NCBI GenBank assembly: GCA_039811685.1
Contig: JBDHZC010000002.1
Coordinates: 480,001 to 544,000 of the forward strand
From: Armatimonadota bacterium
Lineage (GTDB): Bacteria > Armatimonadota > UBA5829 > DSUL01
Reading direction: 5' to 3'
Length of the DNA stretch: 64,000 nucleotides
Part shown: piece by piece, positions 38,484 through 49,060 of the stretch
Layout of the letters: every line of letters starts with the position of its first letter
Numbering within the stretch: the stretch's first letter is position 1
Notes under the pieces: generated by a model
The model's input: only the letters and a program-made list of their open reading frames with translations
What the model was told of the DNA's origin: nothing
Database searches by the model: none
Program-made: the position numbers and the translations under genes

Positions 38484-41400
38484 CTACTCTATGTCAGACT
38501 GACGCCTTGGCCTGAGAACACTGCGATAACCGCCGGAGGCTGGTTCCATAGATATGACACCTGTCACCGTAACCATCTGTCCGATAGCCGGAGGCGTGAT
38601 CACTTGCCCACTGGCCAGCCCGCTGAAGCTCACTTTGATGCCGCTTCCACCCGCGGGGTCGCTCACGCCGGAGCCATCGTCCATCACCCAGTACCCGGCA
38701 TCAATGGCTGTGATGCGCCCTGTGGTTTTGCACAGCAGTCCGATACTGTTCAGGCCGTTGCCGCCGGTGACACCGGGCTGTCCGGAGGCGGGTGGTCCAC
38801 CGCCGAGGTCTTTGTTGCGCATAACAACCGGAGCTATCTGCTGCGCGCTGTTGGTAATCTGGAGCGTGCTCAGGCGGATAGCGCGTTCACCACCTGAGTT
38901 TATAAGGGCGCCTGCAATGCTGACTTCCGAGCCTTCCGAGGGCATTACCTGGCCGGTCGGAACCACCTTGATGGCCGCTCCTCTGCTCGGCTCCTCCACA
39001 TAGAAGCAGTCCGCGTAAACAGCCGTTACAATCTTGCCCGCCAGATTCACAACCACACCGTCCGAATTGAGCTTCGCCTGCCCGATATTCTGCTGCGCCG
39101 CTGACTGCACAACCAGAATACCGTCTGAGAATCCTGTCGCGCTCCAGATGCGTGCGCCATTTCGCGCGGTGGCCGAGAAGTAGTACACCACACCCGGCGT
39201 CAGATCCAGATCGGAGCGGGTCACAGATGTTTGAGTTCCCACGCTTGTCCAGGGTATCACGTCGTCTGTTCCGGGCCACGTGCCGATAGCGTAGCGGTAC
39301 TCGACGACACCGGACTCGGGATCGGAAGAAGACCACGAAGCAGACAGAGTTGTCAGACTGGTTGTCGCCGCGCCTGTGTCAAGGACGGTCGGCGTGATCG
39401 GAGGAGTGGAGTCCGCAATGTTGGAATCCTTAAAGTTGAACACTGTGCCGTTGTAGGACGCCACCACAACGCTACCATCGTTGGAGATCACCGGCGACGA
39501 CAGCACCGCATAGCCTGTCTGATACTGCCACTTCAGATTGCCGCCAGTGTCCAGCGCATACACGTGCCCGTCGCCTGAACCGAAATAGATATAGCCGTCC
39601 TGGGAGACCACGGGAGATGAGCGCACCATCCCATTGGCGTCAAACTGCCATTTGACTGTTCCGTTCGGATTCAGCGCCATGAACAGTCCGTAAGACCAGT
39701 CGTTGCCGAATCCCACATACACCGTACCATCCGGCGTGACCGAGGGTGAGCAGTCTGGCGGCCAACCCATATAGTAGCGCCACTTGAGAGTGCCGTTCGG
39801 ATTCAGCGCGTAGAAATAGCCGTCTCCGGAACCGGCAAATATGGCGCCGTCCGGGCCAATGGCCGGAGAGGCGTCCACCGCGCTGCCCGTCTGGTACTTC
39901 CACTGCAGAGTGCCAGTGGCTGCATCCAGAGCATAAATTGCCCCATCTCCAGACCCGAAATAGATCGAGCCTGTATCGCTGAGCGCTGGTGAAGACCACA
40001 AAGAGCCGCCTGTAGTGTACTTCCACTTCTGGGTGCCGTCCGGGTTCAGGGCGTAGAAAGACCAGTCCTGACAGCCAAAGTACACGGTCTGGTCTGGGGT
40101 GATCAAAGGAGACGACCAGATCGCATCACCCGCATTGAAGCGCCAGCGCAGTTGCCCGTTGGAGGCCAGAGAGTACAGATAGCCGTCGTACGAACCGAAG
40201 AAAACCGTCCCGTTGGCTCCGATTGCGGGTGAGGAGTCCACCGGCCCGTTGGTCTGGTACGTCCACTTCAGCGTGCCATTCCGCGAGATCGCATAGAGTT
40301 TTCCGTCACCACTCCCGTAGTAGATCGTGCCGTCACCGGCGATAGCGGGCGAGGAGTCCAGCCAGCCGTTTACGTTGTACTCCCACATCAGAGCGCCAAC
40401 GCGCGACCCTGACAGATTGCTGATGCCCCTGTTTTTGCTGTCCCCGCGGAACTTGGACCATGTGACGGAGGAGACGTATGTGATGCCATCGCTTACGCCC
40501 ACGGCGCTCCACAACCCAGCCTTGTTGCGCGCCTTGACAGCGAAGTAGTACGTCTGACCCGGGTTCAGACTCAATCCGGAGCGGCTGATCTGTGTCGCCG
40601 CGCCTGCGCTGGTGAAAGGCACAACATCCGTACCGCCAGGCGAGGTTCCGATAGCGTACTGAAACTCGGCGATGCCGCCCTGAGGATCTGAAGCGCTCCA
40701 CGAAGCCTGCAGGAAATCTCCGGAAGCTGTCACATCGCCGTCGTCTGTAACCACCGGCGTGCTTGGCGGCGTCGTGTCCACAGCAATACCGTCACTCGTA
40801 CCAACCTGGCTCCACAGATTGACGCTGTTGCGCGCTCGCACCGCAAAATAGTAAACAACGCCTTCAGAGAGACTCAGTCCATTGCGGGTGACAGAAGGCG
40901 TTATGCCGGTTGATGTCCAGTTGACGACACTTGTGCCTCCGGGTGAAGTGCCGATGGCATACTGATATTCGACAATGGCCGTATGCGGCTCAGAAGACGA
41001 CCAGACCGCATGCAGCGTGTTTGTCGAAGAGGTGTACTCCCCGTCATCCGTGACAGCCGGCCTGGACGGCGCGCTGGCGTCAACGGTGATGCCGTTGCTA
41101 GTCCCGACAGCGCTCCACTGACTGGCATTGTTGCGCGCTTTGACAGCAAAGTAATACGTCTGACCGTCCTGAAGGCTCAGACCGGCTCTTGTAACCTGCA
41201 GCGCCGTGCCGGCCGATGTCCAGTTGACCACATCCGTAGCGCCAGAAGTCGTGCCGATGGCGTACTGGTACTCCGCGATACCGCTTTGCGCGTCTGCTGC
41301 GCTCCAGGAAGCGTGCAGCGAGGCGTTCACGGTGGTAAACTCCCCATCATCAATCACTGTCGGAGTGGATGGAGGAGAGGAGTCAATGATTATGCCATCG

Positions 41401-44400
41401 CTGACGCCAACCGCGCTCACTAACCCTGCGCCGTTGGTAGCCCGGACTGAGAAGTAATAGACTCCACCTTCCGTCAGATTCAGGCCACTTCTGGTAACCT
41501 GCGTATCTGTGCCCGCAGATGTCCAGTTGACGACGTTGGTCAACCCGGGCGCTGTCCCGATCGCGTACTCATACTTCGCTATGCCACTCTGCGGGTCGCT
41601 GGCAGCCCATGACGCGTGTAGCGACGTGGCGGAGGAGCTGTAAGCGCCGTCATCAGTGACGGTTGGCTGGGTCGGAGGAGTGCGATCGACAGTGATACCG
41701 TCGCTGACGCCGATGGGACTCATCACACCGACGGCGTTGCGCGCGCGCACAGCAAAGTAGTAGGTGACCCCGTCCTGCAGCGAAAGCCCGGAGCGCGTAA
41801 CGCCCGCCGTCGTACCTGTCGAAGTCCAGTTGACGATGTTGGTAGCGCCGGAGGTCGTCCCAATCGCATACTGATATTCAGTGATGCCACTCACTCCCGG
41901 GTCCGCCGTCCATGTTGCGTGAAGCGTCGTGCCGGACTGAGTGTAATCTCCGTCGTCTGTGACGACCGGCCGCCCAGGACCGCTTGAGTCCACGGTAATT
42001 CCATCGCTGAAACCGGAAGAGCTCCAGTGTCCGGCCTGATTCAAAGCCCGAACCGAGAAATAATAGGTTACGCCGTTTTGCAGGTTGAGACCGGTGGCTT
42101 CCACAAAGCTGTTGGTCCCGGTCGAAGTCCAGTTCACGACGTTGCTGGAGCCCGGGCTGGCGCCGATGGCGTACTGGTACTCAGCAATCCCGCTTTGAGG
42201 GTCTGAGGCGCTCCAGGTAGCGTGGAGTGTATCCGTTGAAGACGTGTAAACTCCGTCATCCGTGACTACGGGAGTCGTAGGCGGCGAGCGGTCAATCGTG
42301 ATACCGTCGCTTGACCCAACCGGCCCGAGCAATCCCGCGCCGTTACGCGCCCGAACGGAGAAGTAGTAGGTGACTCCCTCCGCCAGCGAAAGCCCGGAGC
42401 GAGTGACGGACGTAGTTCCTCCAACTGAGGTCCAGTTGACTACATTTGCCGCGCCAAGCGTAGTGCCGATGGCGTACTGATACTCGATAACGCCACTTTC
42501 AGGGTCTGAAGCGCTCCAGGTTGCGTGCAGGCTGTCTGTGGCGCTGGAGAAGGCGCCATCGTCGGTCACAACCGGGGCGGAGGGCGCGCTGCCGTCCACT
42601 GTGATGCCGTCGCTGACACCAACAGCGCTCCACAGTCCTGCGCCGTTTCTGGCTTTCACGGCGATGTAGTAAACAACTCCGTCCTGTAGCTGCAGGCCTG
42701 TCGCCGTCGCCTGCAGCGCCGTGCCAGCGGATGTCCAGCCCAGAACATTTGTGGCGCCTGGTGTGGTACCAATGGCGTATTGATACTCTGCGATTGCACT
42801 CTGGACATCGGTGGCAATCCAGCTACCGTGAAGCTGATTGCGCTGCGAAGTGTACTGCCCGTCGTCTGTCACCACCGGCGTAGAAGGCGGCGTCAGATCC
42901 AGCCGGATCCCGTCACTCACACCAACAGAGCTCCACAAATCGGCCCCGTTGCGCGCGCGGACGGAAATATAGTAGGTCACCCCGTCCTGCAGAGAAAGCC
43001 CGGTGCGAGTCACCTCTGCCGCGCCGCCCGTCGACGCCCATCCGGTCACTTCCGTTCCCCCAGGTGAGGTGCCGATGGCGTACTGATAATCCGCAATACC
43101 GCTTACCGGGTCCGAGGCGCTCCAGACGGCGTGCAGGGAGTTCGCGCTGGAGGTGAATGCGCCGTCATCCGTCACGACGGGCGCGCCTGGTGGCGTTCTA
43201 TCCACCGTAATCCCATCGCTCTTTCCGACCTGACTCACAAGTCCCGCTCCATTGGTGGCGCGAACGTAAAAATAATAAGTCTGGCCGTCAATCAGCGGGA
43301 GGCCATTTCGCGTTACAGTTGTCGCAGACCCTACCGATGTCCAGCCAACCAGGTCGGGATTGGCGCCACCGGTCCCTATGCCGTATTCATATCCAACAAC
43401 CGCAGAGTGTGGGTCCGAAGACGACCACCACGCCCGCAGCGTGTTCGGCGACGAAGTAAACTGCCCGTCATCTGTAATCAGAGGCGTCGTCGGTGGGCTG
43501 GAATCCACAATCACGCCATCGCTGAAGCCCACCTGACTCAGTTGACCTGCGCCGCTGGTTGCCCGGACAGAAAAGTAGTACGTGGTCCCGTCAGTAAGCG
43601 ACAGCCCCGTAGCTGTGACACTGGTCGCGTTTGTCTGTGTCCAGCCCTTGACGTCCGTCTGACCCTGTCCGGAGCCGATTGCGTACTCGTAGAACGCGAT
43701 ACCGGATTCTGGATCACTGCTTGACCAGGTCGCATGCAGGGAACTGGAGCTCGTGCTGTAGCTGCCATCATCCGTGACAACCGGTGTCGATGGCGGAGTG
43801 CGGTCCAGTTTGATGCCGTCGCTTGTGCCAACGCTGGAAACCAGGCCAGCGGCATTTGTAGCCCGCACGGAGAAATAGTAGGTTACGCCATCCTGGAGAT
43901 TCAGTCCCGCGCGCGTAACGGAAGCTGTTTGTCCGGTAGATGTCCAGCCGACAACATTAACCGCTCCCGGCGATGTACCTATCGCGTACTCGTAGAGTGT
44001 AATGCCGCTTTCAGCGTCTGCCGAAGTCCAGGACGCGTGCAGTGAGGTGCTGAGGTTTGTGTACTGCCCGTCGTCCGTCACCACCGGCGTAGAAGGCGGC
44101 GTGAAGTCCACGGTGATTCCGTCTGAGACGCCGATGTCCGACCAGACGCCTGCGCCGTTTTTGGCCTTTACACTGAAATAGTAGCGTGCGCCGTTGGTCA
44201 GGGCCAGCCCGCTGCGCGTCACCGAAGCAGCCGTGCCAGTTGACGTCCATCCAAGCACGTCCGTACCGCCGGAGGTGGTTCCGATAGCGTACTGGTACTC
44301 GCTGATTCCGGTCTCCGGATCCGAGGCAGACCAGGTCGCGTGCAGAGATGTAGCGCTGGTGCTGTAGCTGCCGTCGTCAACAACGACCGGAGTTGTTGGG

Positions 44401-45521
44401 GGCGTACTATCACGCACAAACGAATAGAGTTTGCCGTCGCTGCACCCCGCGTAAAGTGTCCCGTCCTGAGCGATAGCGGCCGAGCTGTAGCCAGACCCGC
44501 CCAGTGACGACTGCCACAGGATAGAGCCATCCGGCTGAAACGCGTACAGCTTGCCGTCGAAAGACGGGCAATAAATCGTGTCGTCTCCGCCGACGGCTGG
44601 GGAAGCCTGAATTTTGTCCCCTGTCGCGGTGCGCCACTTGAGCGTGCCTTGAGGAGTAATTGCGTAGAGATAGGTATTGTCTGAACCTATGTAAATGGTG
44701 CCATCAGAGCCTATGGCCGGTGAAGATGTCACTGCCGCGCCAATGTTGTAGCTCCAGTTCAGCACGCCAGCCTGAACAGCGTACAGATAGCCGTCCGCGC
44801 TCGCTATGTAGACGACTCCGGCGCTGTCGATGGCCGGAGAGGAGTCGAGACGGTTAGAGGCTCGATAACGCCATGCCCGCGTACCGTTTGGCTGCAAGCA
44901 GTACAGGTAGCCGTCCTGCGCTCCGAAATAGATCCGTCCGTCCGCGCCGATTGCCGCTGAAGACAGGATCGGAAACGCCACGTAGTAATTCCACTTGATG
45001 GAACCGTTCGAGTTAATCGCGTAGAAACGGCCGTTTGTCGATCCGCAATACACTGTTCCATCAGGCGCTACTGCCGGGGAAGCCTTGACCTGCTTCCCAA
45101 TACCAGTGCGCCACTTCAGAGTTCCGGATGACGTAATGGCGTAAACATAATAATCATCTGACCCGACGTAGACTGTTCCGTCTGATCCAACAGTTGGCGA
45201 AGAATAGCTGCCGGAGTGGACGTTGTAGCGCCACTTCTGTGTGCCGTCCGGATTGACGGCGTAAAGGTACTGATCCTGCGAGACAAAGTAAACTGTCCCG
45301 TCCGGCGCCACCGCCGGCGATGAAGATATGCCTGCGCCTGTGGTGAATGTCCAGCCCGCAATTCCCACCGACGGCCCGACGGTTGCCGTCCGTCCAGTAC
45401 CGCGGATATCGGCACGGAAGCGTGGCCACCCGCTCTGGGCAAGCTGCGCCAGAGAAGGAGCTGATGCGGCTGCCAGCCCTGCCGAAACGAGCACAGCGAT
45501 TGCTATTGACCTGATGCGCAC
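38484..45521 (-). CDS. Giant secreted protein (2345 aa): PQQ-like beta-propeller, 13 FN3/Ig-like repeats, second propeller, 1 FN3-like repeat, conserved C-terminal domain
   Basis: GTG start after GGAGGAGG, signal peptide, SSPA..DGT.Y.GS.D..LYA blade repeats and 101-aa repeats. Confidence 0.9.
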   Translation of the reverse strand: MRIRSIAIAVLVSAGLAAASAPSLAQLAQSGWPRFRADIRGTGRTATVGPSVGIAGWTFTTGAGISSSPAVAPDGTVYFVSQDQYLYAVNPDGTQKWRYNVHSGSYSSPTVGSDGTVYVGSDDYYVYAITSSGTLKWRTGIGKQVKASPAVAPDGTVYCGSTNGRFYAINSNGSIKWNYYVAFPILSSAAIGADGRIYFGAQDGYLYCLQPNGTRAWRYRASNRLDSSPAIDSAGVVYIASADGYLYAVQAGVLNWSYNIGAAVTSSPAIGSDGTIYIGSDNTYLYAITPQGTLKWRTATGDKIQASPAVGGDDTIYCPSFDGKLYAFQPDGSILWQSSLGGSGYSSAAIAQDGTLYAGCSDGKLYSFVRDSTPPTTPVVVDDGSYSTSATSLHATWSASDPETGISEYQYAIGTTSGGTDVLGWTSTGTAASVTRSGLALTNGARYYFSVKAKNGAGVWSDIGVSDGITVDFTPPSTPVVTDDGQYTNLSTSLHASWTSADAESGITLYEYAIGTSPGAVNVVGWTSTGQTASVTRAGLNLQDGVTYYFSVRATNAAGLVSSVGTSDGIKLDRTPPSTPVVTDDGSYSTSSSSLHATWSSSDPESGIAFYEYAIGSGQGQTDVKGWTQTNATSVTATGLSLTDGTTYYFSVRATSGAGQLSQVGFSDGVIVDSSPPTTPLITDDGQFTSSPNTLRAWWSSSDPHSAVVGYEYGIGTGGANPDLVGWTSVGSATTVTRNGLPLIDGQTYYFYVRATNGAGLVSQVGKSDGITVDRTPPGAPVVTDDGAFTSSANSLHAVWSASDPVSGIADYQYAIGTSPGGTEVTGWASTGGAAEVTRTGLSLQDGVTYYISVRARNGADLWSSVGVSDGIRLDLTPPSTPVVTDDGQYTSQRNQLHGSWIATDVQSAIAEYQYAIGTTPGATNVLGWTSAGTALQATATGLQLQDGVVYYIAVKARNGAGLWSAVGVSDGITVDGSAPSAPVVTDDGAFSSATDSLHATWSASDPESGVIEYQYAIGTTLGAANVVNWTSVGGTTSVTRSGLSLAEGVTYYFSVRARNGAGLLGPVGSSDGITIDRSPPTTPVVTDDGVYTSSTDTLHATWSASDPQSGIAEYQYAIGASPGSSNVVNWTSTGTNSFVEATGLNLQNGVTYYFSVRALNQAGHWSSSGFSDGITVDSSGPGRPVVTDDGDYTQSGTTLHATWTADPGVSGITEYQYAIGTTSGATNIVNWTSTGTTAGVTRSGLSLQDGVTYYFAVRARNAVGVMSPIGVSDGITVDRTPPTQPTVTDDGAYSSSATSLHASWAASDPQSGIAKYEYAIGTAPGLTNVVNWTSAGTDTQVTRSGLNLTEGGVYYFSVRATNGAGLVSAVGVSDGIIIDSSPPSTPTVIDDGEFTTVNASLHASWSAADAQSGIAEYQYAIGTTSGATDVVNWTSAGTALQVTRAGLSLQDGQTYYFAVKARNNASQWSAVGTSNGITVDASAPSRPAVTDDGEYTSSTNTLHAVWSSSEPHTAIVEYQYAIGTSPGGTSVVNWTSTGITPSVTRNGLSLSEGVVYYFAVRARNSVNLWSQVGTSDGIAVDTTPPSTPVVTDDGDVTASGDFLQASWSASDPQGGIAEFQYAIGTSPGGTDVVPFTSAGAATQISRSGLSLNPGQTYYFAVKARNKAGLWSAVGVSDGITYVSSVTWSKFRGDSKNRGISNLSGSRVGALMWEYNVNGWLDSSPAIAGDGTIYYGSGDGKLYAISRNGTLKWTYQTNGPVDSSPAIGANGTVFFGSYDGYLYSLASNGQLRWRFNAGDAIWSSPLITPDQTVYFGCQDWSFYALNPDGTQKWKYTTGGSLWSSPALSDTGSIYFGSGDGAIYALDAATGTLQWKYQTGSAVDASPAIGPDGAIFAGSGDGYFYALNPNGTLKWRYYMGWPPDCSPSVTPDGTVYVGFGNDWSYGLFMALNPNGTVKWQFDANGMVRSSPVVSQDGYIYFGSGDGHVYALDTGGNLKWQYQTGYAVLSSPVISNDGSVVVASYNGTVFNFKDSNIADSTPPITPTVLDTGAATTSLTTLSASWSSSDPESGVVEYRYAIGTWPGTDDVIPWTSVGTQTSVTRSDLDLTPGVVYYFSATARNGARIWSATGFSDGILVVQSAAQQNIGQAKLNSDGVVVNLAGKIVTAVYADCFYVEEPSRGAAIKVVPTGQVMPSEGSEVSIAGALINSGGERAIRLSTLQITNSAQQIAPVVMRNKDLGGGPPASGQPGVTGGNGLNSIGLLCKTTGRITAIDAGYWVMDDGSGVSDPAGGSGIKVSFSGLASGQVITPPAIGQMVTVTGVISMEPASGGYRSVLRPRRQSDIE
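40476..44411 (-). repeat. 13 tandem ~303-bp (101-aa) coding repeats, FN3-like
   Basis: Consensus DxTPPxTPVVTDDG..LHAxWSASDPxSGIxEYQYAIGT..WTS..GLxLxxGxTYYFxVRAxNxAG..SDGITV, counted by hand. The units are diverged at DNA level. Confidence 0.93.
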
Positions 45522-45603
45522 TCCCGACTTCCTCCTCCATACCAGAGCGCATTTGCCAGAGAGGCTAAGCACCGATATCCGCGCAAAGTACGATTACTCC
45601 TGT

Positions 45604-48600
45604 CTAAGGGGCCGCAATATCCGACTGCTTTCGCGCCAGGATCCGGCGTCTGAGTGTGGTCCCGGAGGACTCTGACGAGCTGACACCTGTAACTATCAAC
45701 GCGTCGCCAAGCGCGGGCTTGGTGAGGGAGCCGCACTGAACCTTGACACCCTGATGCCCGGAGCCATCGTCAAGGGCTTTGCCGTCGTCTAGATAAAAGA
45801 ACGGCTCTGCTCCTGTGCCGACATAGGTCACCTTGCCGGCCATTCTGATAAGCAGACCCACGTTGTTGGAACCCAGGAATGCCGAGCCGATATTCGTGTT
45901 GATGAGCAACCCTGTACCGCCGATGCTGAAGCTGCGCATGGTGAGCGGCGCCGGAATCACTCCGGCCGGATTGACCACCGTCACGTTTGAAGCGGTAATC
46001 TGGCGCTCGCTGCCGACAGTCTCAATCGTGCCCATAATATCCACTACGTTGCCTTCCTGGACATTCGCATTGGTGACAACTTTGATTCCTGCGACACGGT
46101 TGGGTTCTTCAATGTAGAAGATACCGCCCAGCTGATCTGTCCCGGCAATAGCCACCTTGCCTGATATGGAAACACTCGTTCCGTCGCTCAGGGCCTTGGC
46201 TGCCTCGATGGTGGGCACGACAATAGCATTCGGGTCATTCAACGTCCTGCCAACCAGACGTTTGGACGCGTTTTTGAAACGGGAGTAGAAAACAGCCTGC
46301 GCTGAAGCGCCGCCAGCAATGACGGGGGCGTACTCTGAATAGTTCGAACTCGCCATCACTGTCGGATTGGCGTCAATCACAATCCCCGCTGCGTTCAGCC
46401 GGGTGAGGTAGATGTCGTAGTTGGATACTGCAGCGCGATTGTCCTGCCAGGCAACGATGTAGTTGGAGCCTGCCCAGCACAGACTGGGCGCGCTCTGCTC
46501 ATTCGGAGCCGTGACAATCGCCAGATCACTTCCAACAACCGCAGCCGCCGTGGACAGTCGCGTTCCGTAGATATCAAAGACGTAGTTGTTCCGCGCGTCC
46601 GACCAGACGACCAGATACTCAGAGCCATTGTAGGCTATCTTCGGTTGCGCCTTCAGGGACGGCGCGGACGAAAGCTGCACTCCCGCGGCCTGGCCGATCG
46701 AGCCGTTGTTCAGCACTTTTGTCGCGTAGATGTCGCCCTGACCCGAGCGCTGATCCTGCCAGACCACCATGAAATCCGTGCCGTCCGAAGCTACGGAAGG
46801 CTCAAGCTGATCGCCCAGAGCCCCACTCACGACGCCGCTAAGAGGCATCAACGCGCCGGCAGAAGTGACAAAAGTCCCCATAATATCGGTGAAGTAGTTC
46901 GGCGCGAGGCCGGTTCGCTGGTCGCGCCACACAACGAGATACTTCGTACCGTTCCACGCTATGGAAGGCTGACTCTGATCGAGATCGGCAGAAGCGATGA
47001 GGATAGGGGAACCGACCGGCTGCATGTTCGCGTCCAGCCGAACACCCCGGATATCGTAGCTGTAACCGATGAACTCCTTCCACGCCACCAGATAACCCGA
47101 TCCACTCCACGCGATCGCGGGTTCCAACTGCTCCGCACCCGCGGCCAGCAAGATACCCTGCGCATCCTGCACAATGCCGTTGCTGTCAACCCTGGCGCCG
47201 TAAATCTGGTAGTAACCGTTGCGGCGATCGGCCCAGACTACTCCGTAACCATTTCCATTCCAGCAGGCTGCATAGGATGGCTGGCTCTGAATCGCGCTTG
47301 AAACGAGATTGGTGCTTACGATTCCTCCGAAGACGTTCATCTTCGTTACGAACACGTCGGAGTTCGTCGGATCAATGGTGTACCAGGCGACCAGACCAGG
47401 AGCGATACGCGGACCCCTGTTTCCCGTGGAGGCATTGGTGACGACCGGAAACGGCTGCAAATCGAGAGTCTGAGCGCTGCTGTTCAGCCTGCAACCTTTG
47501 ATGTAGCGCGTGCCAACCTGACGGTCCCGCCACACCACCATAAACTGCGTTCCGTCCCAGGTAATGTCCGGTATCTCCTGATCCCCACTGCCCGGAAAGA
47601 TAGACTTGCCGCCGGTATCGACCACCGACCCGGCTGTTGTGTATCGCGTCCCGTAGATGTCGAGATCGCTTCCTCTGCCGTCCTGCCAGACAATAATAGC
47701 TGTCCCGGTGGAATCGCACGCCACAGACGGGGAGAGCTGCGGGCCCAGAGCCCCGGCGGCAGGAGCGCCCGCGCGGTTTGAGATCAGAGTGTCACCGCCC
47801 TGCTTCTGTGTGGAGGAGTTGATGCGGCAGCCGTAGATGTCCGTGTCGCTTGATTCAGAGTTGCGCTGGTCTTCCCAGACCACCACGTAGTTTGTCCCGT
47901 TCCACGCGATATCCGGATTCTGCTGGTTGTCTGCGGTGAAGGCGATAGCCGATCTGTTGGTCACAGCGCCCGCCGCGGTCACTCGCGCTCCGACAATGTC
48001 GAATCCGGTTCCCTGATTCTCCTGCCACACCACGTGCCAGTCCGTGCCGTTGCTGGCCACCGCCGGCAGATACTGCTCTGGGACGGGATTGTTAGGATTG
48101 ATCGGGGCCGTTATCGAAATCGGGAAGCCGTCCGGATCCAGAATGCTGCCGGAGGTGCTGACGCGCGCGCCGTAGATGTGCGGCTTGGAGTCCACCGCGC
48201 GACGGTCCGACCACACCACCAGAAAGTTCGAGCCGTTCCAGGCGACAGCCGGATTCATCTGGTCGCGCGCCGCGTGACCACCACTCGAGGTAGAAGAGAT
48301 CAGGAAAGCCTCTCCCATTGCCGGGACGCCGCTGGAATCGAGAAAGATCCCGTAGATGTCGTAGCCCGTATCAGGATCATTCGAGGAGTTCAGACGATTT
48401 CGGCTGTCCTGCCACACGACGAGATAGCCTGTCCCGCCCGCTGCGACCGCGGGAGCTTCCTGCGTGAAAGGCGCCGCAACACTGACCTGCCCGACCGGAA
48501 ACTCCGGACCTGCGGCGATCTCTGCCGCTCGCGCCTCCCCAATCAGAGCGCATCCGGCCAGCGCTACCCATGCGATCAGACTGCTGCGTACGATTGTGCG

Positions 48601-48609
48601 ACTTTTCAT
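45604..48609 (-). CDS. Secreted repeat protein (14 PxxAWNGxxYxVVWxDxR..DIYG repeats, probably two 7-bladed propellers) plus conserved C-terminal domain
   Basis: ATG after AGAGG, signal peptide and about 14 repeats of 55-65 aa. The CTD is homologous to that of the neighbouring giant. Confidence 0.85.
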   Translation of the reverse strand: MKSRTIVRSSLIAWVALAGCALIGEARAAEIAAGPEFPVGQVSVAAPFTQEAPAVAAGGTGYLVVWQDSRNRLNSSNDPDTGYDIYGIFLDSSGVPAMGEAFLISSTSSGGHAARDQMNPAVAWNGSNFLVVWSDRRAVDSKPHIYGARVSTSGSILDPDGFPISITAPINPNNPVPEQYLPAVASNGTDWHVVWQENQGTGFDIVGARVTAAGAVTNRSAIAFTADNQQNPDIAWNGTNYVVVWEDQRNSESSDTDIYGCRINSSTQKQGGDTLISNRAGAPAAGALGPQLSPSVACDSTGTAIIVWQDGRGSDLDIYGTRYTTAGSVVDTGGKSIFPGSGDQEIPDITWDGTQFMVVWRDRQVGTRYIKGCRLNSSAQTLDLQPFPVVTNASTGNRGPRIAPGLVAWYTIDPTNSDVFVTKMNVFGGIVSTNLVSSAIQSQPSYAACWNGNGYGVVWADRRNGYYQIYGARVDSNGIVQDAQGILLAAGAEQLEPAIAWSGSGYLVAWKEFIGYSYDIRGVRLDANMQPVGSPILIASADLDQSQPSIAWNGTKYLVVWRDQRTGLAPNYFTDIMGTFVTSAGALMPLSGVVSGALGDQLEPSVASDGTDFMVVWQDQRSGQGDIYATKVLNNGSIGQAAGVQLSSAPSLKAQPKIAYNGSEYLVVWSDARNNYVFDIYGTRLSTAAAVVGSDLAIVTAPNEQSAPSLCWAGSNYIVAWQDNRAAVSNYDIYLTRLNAAGIVIDANPTVMASSNYSEYAPVIAGGASAQAVFYSRFKNASKRLVGRTLNDPNAIVVPTIEAAKALSDGTSVSISGKVAIAGTDQLGGIFYIEEPNRVAGIKVVTNANVQEGNVVDIMGTIETVGSERQITASNVTVVNPAGVIPAPLTMRSFSIGGTGLLINTNIGSAFLGSNNVGLLIRMAGKVTYVGTGAEPFFYLDDGKALDDGSGHQGVKVQCGSLTKPALGDALIVTGVSSSESSGTTLRRRILARKQSDIAAP

Positions 48610-49060
48610 GAATCCTCTACCTCTATCGGGCTCGCCAGAGTACCTGGCGGCCTCTCCCTGCTGTCGCAATGGAGCCAGAACCAAAATCGTCTCCTGTTCC
48701 GCTACCTGTCAGGCGAAAGCAAGCGCGACGAACGATCCACAGCGATCTCTCCCTCGCAATGAAGCAGCCAACTGCTCCACACGCGCGGAAACAAACCAAG
48801 GGCTAACCAGTAGGGGCGCACAAACAATAGCAGCACTGAGCGTGCAGGCTACGTGACGCCACCGCGAAGAGAGGTGACGAAACGCATGCCACTTCAGTTC
48901 AGATTTGGAGTTGTGTCCCAGGTTAGCGGCAATCCAGCATTCTGGCCGGCTGCCCGATCTTCAGTTTGCGTCCAGACCCGCGCAACGCCTCTGGCGTAGC
49001 GGCTTCTCCTTTCGGGCCTGGCGCAAAGAAATCTGTTTGGCTGGCAAAGAGCCCCGAAGC

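Noticed and set aside
40476..44411. Periodic DNA repeats as a CRISPR array or DGR-like repeat
   Set aside because: They are in-frame 303-bp protein repeats with synonymous divergence. There are no spacers and no cas or reverse transcriptase genes.
44412..45445. PQQ-like propellers as BamB or PQQ dehydrogenase
   Set aside because: There is no lipobox or dehydrogenase catalytic region. They sit in adhesin-like or PEP-CTERM architectures.
48876..48891. Possible sigma54 site TGGCATGCGTTTCGT upstream of the 14-repeat gene
   Set aside because: The -12 element lacks the invariant GC.
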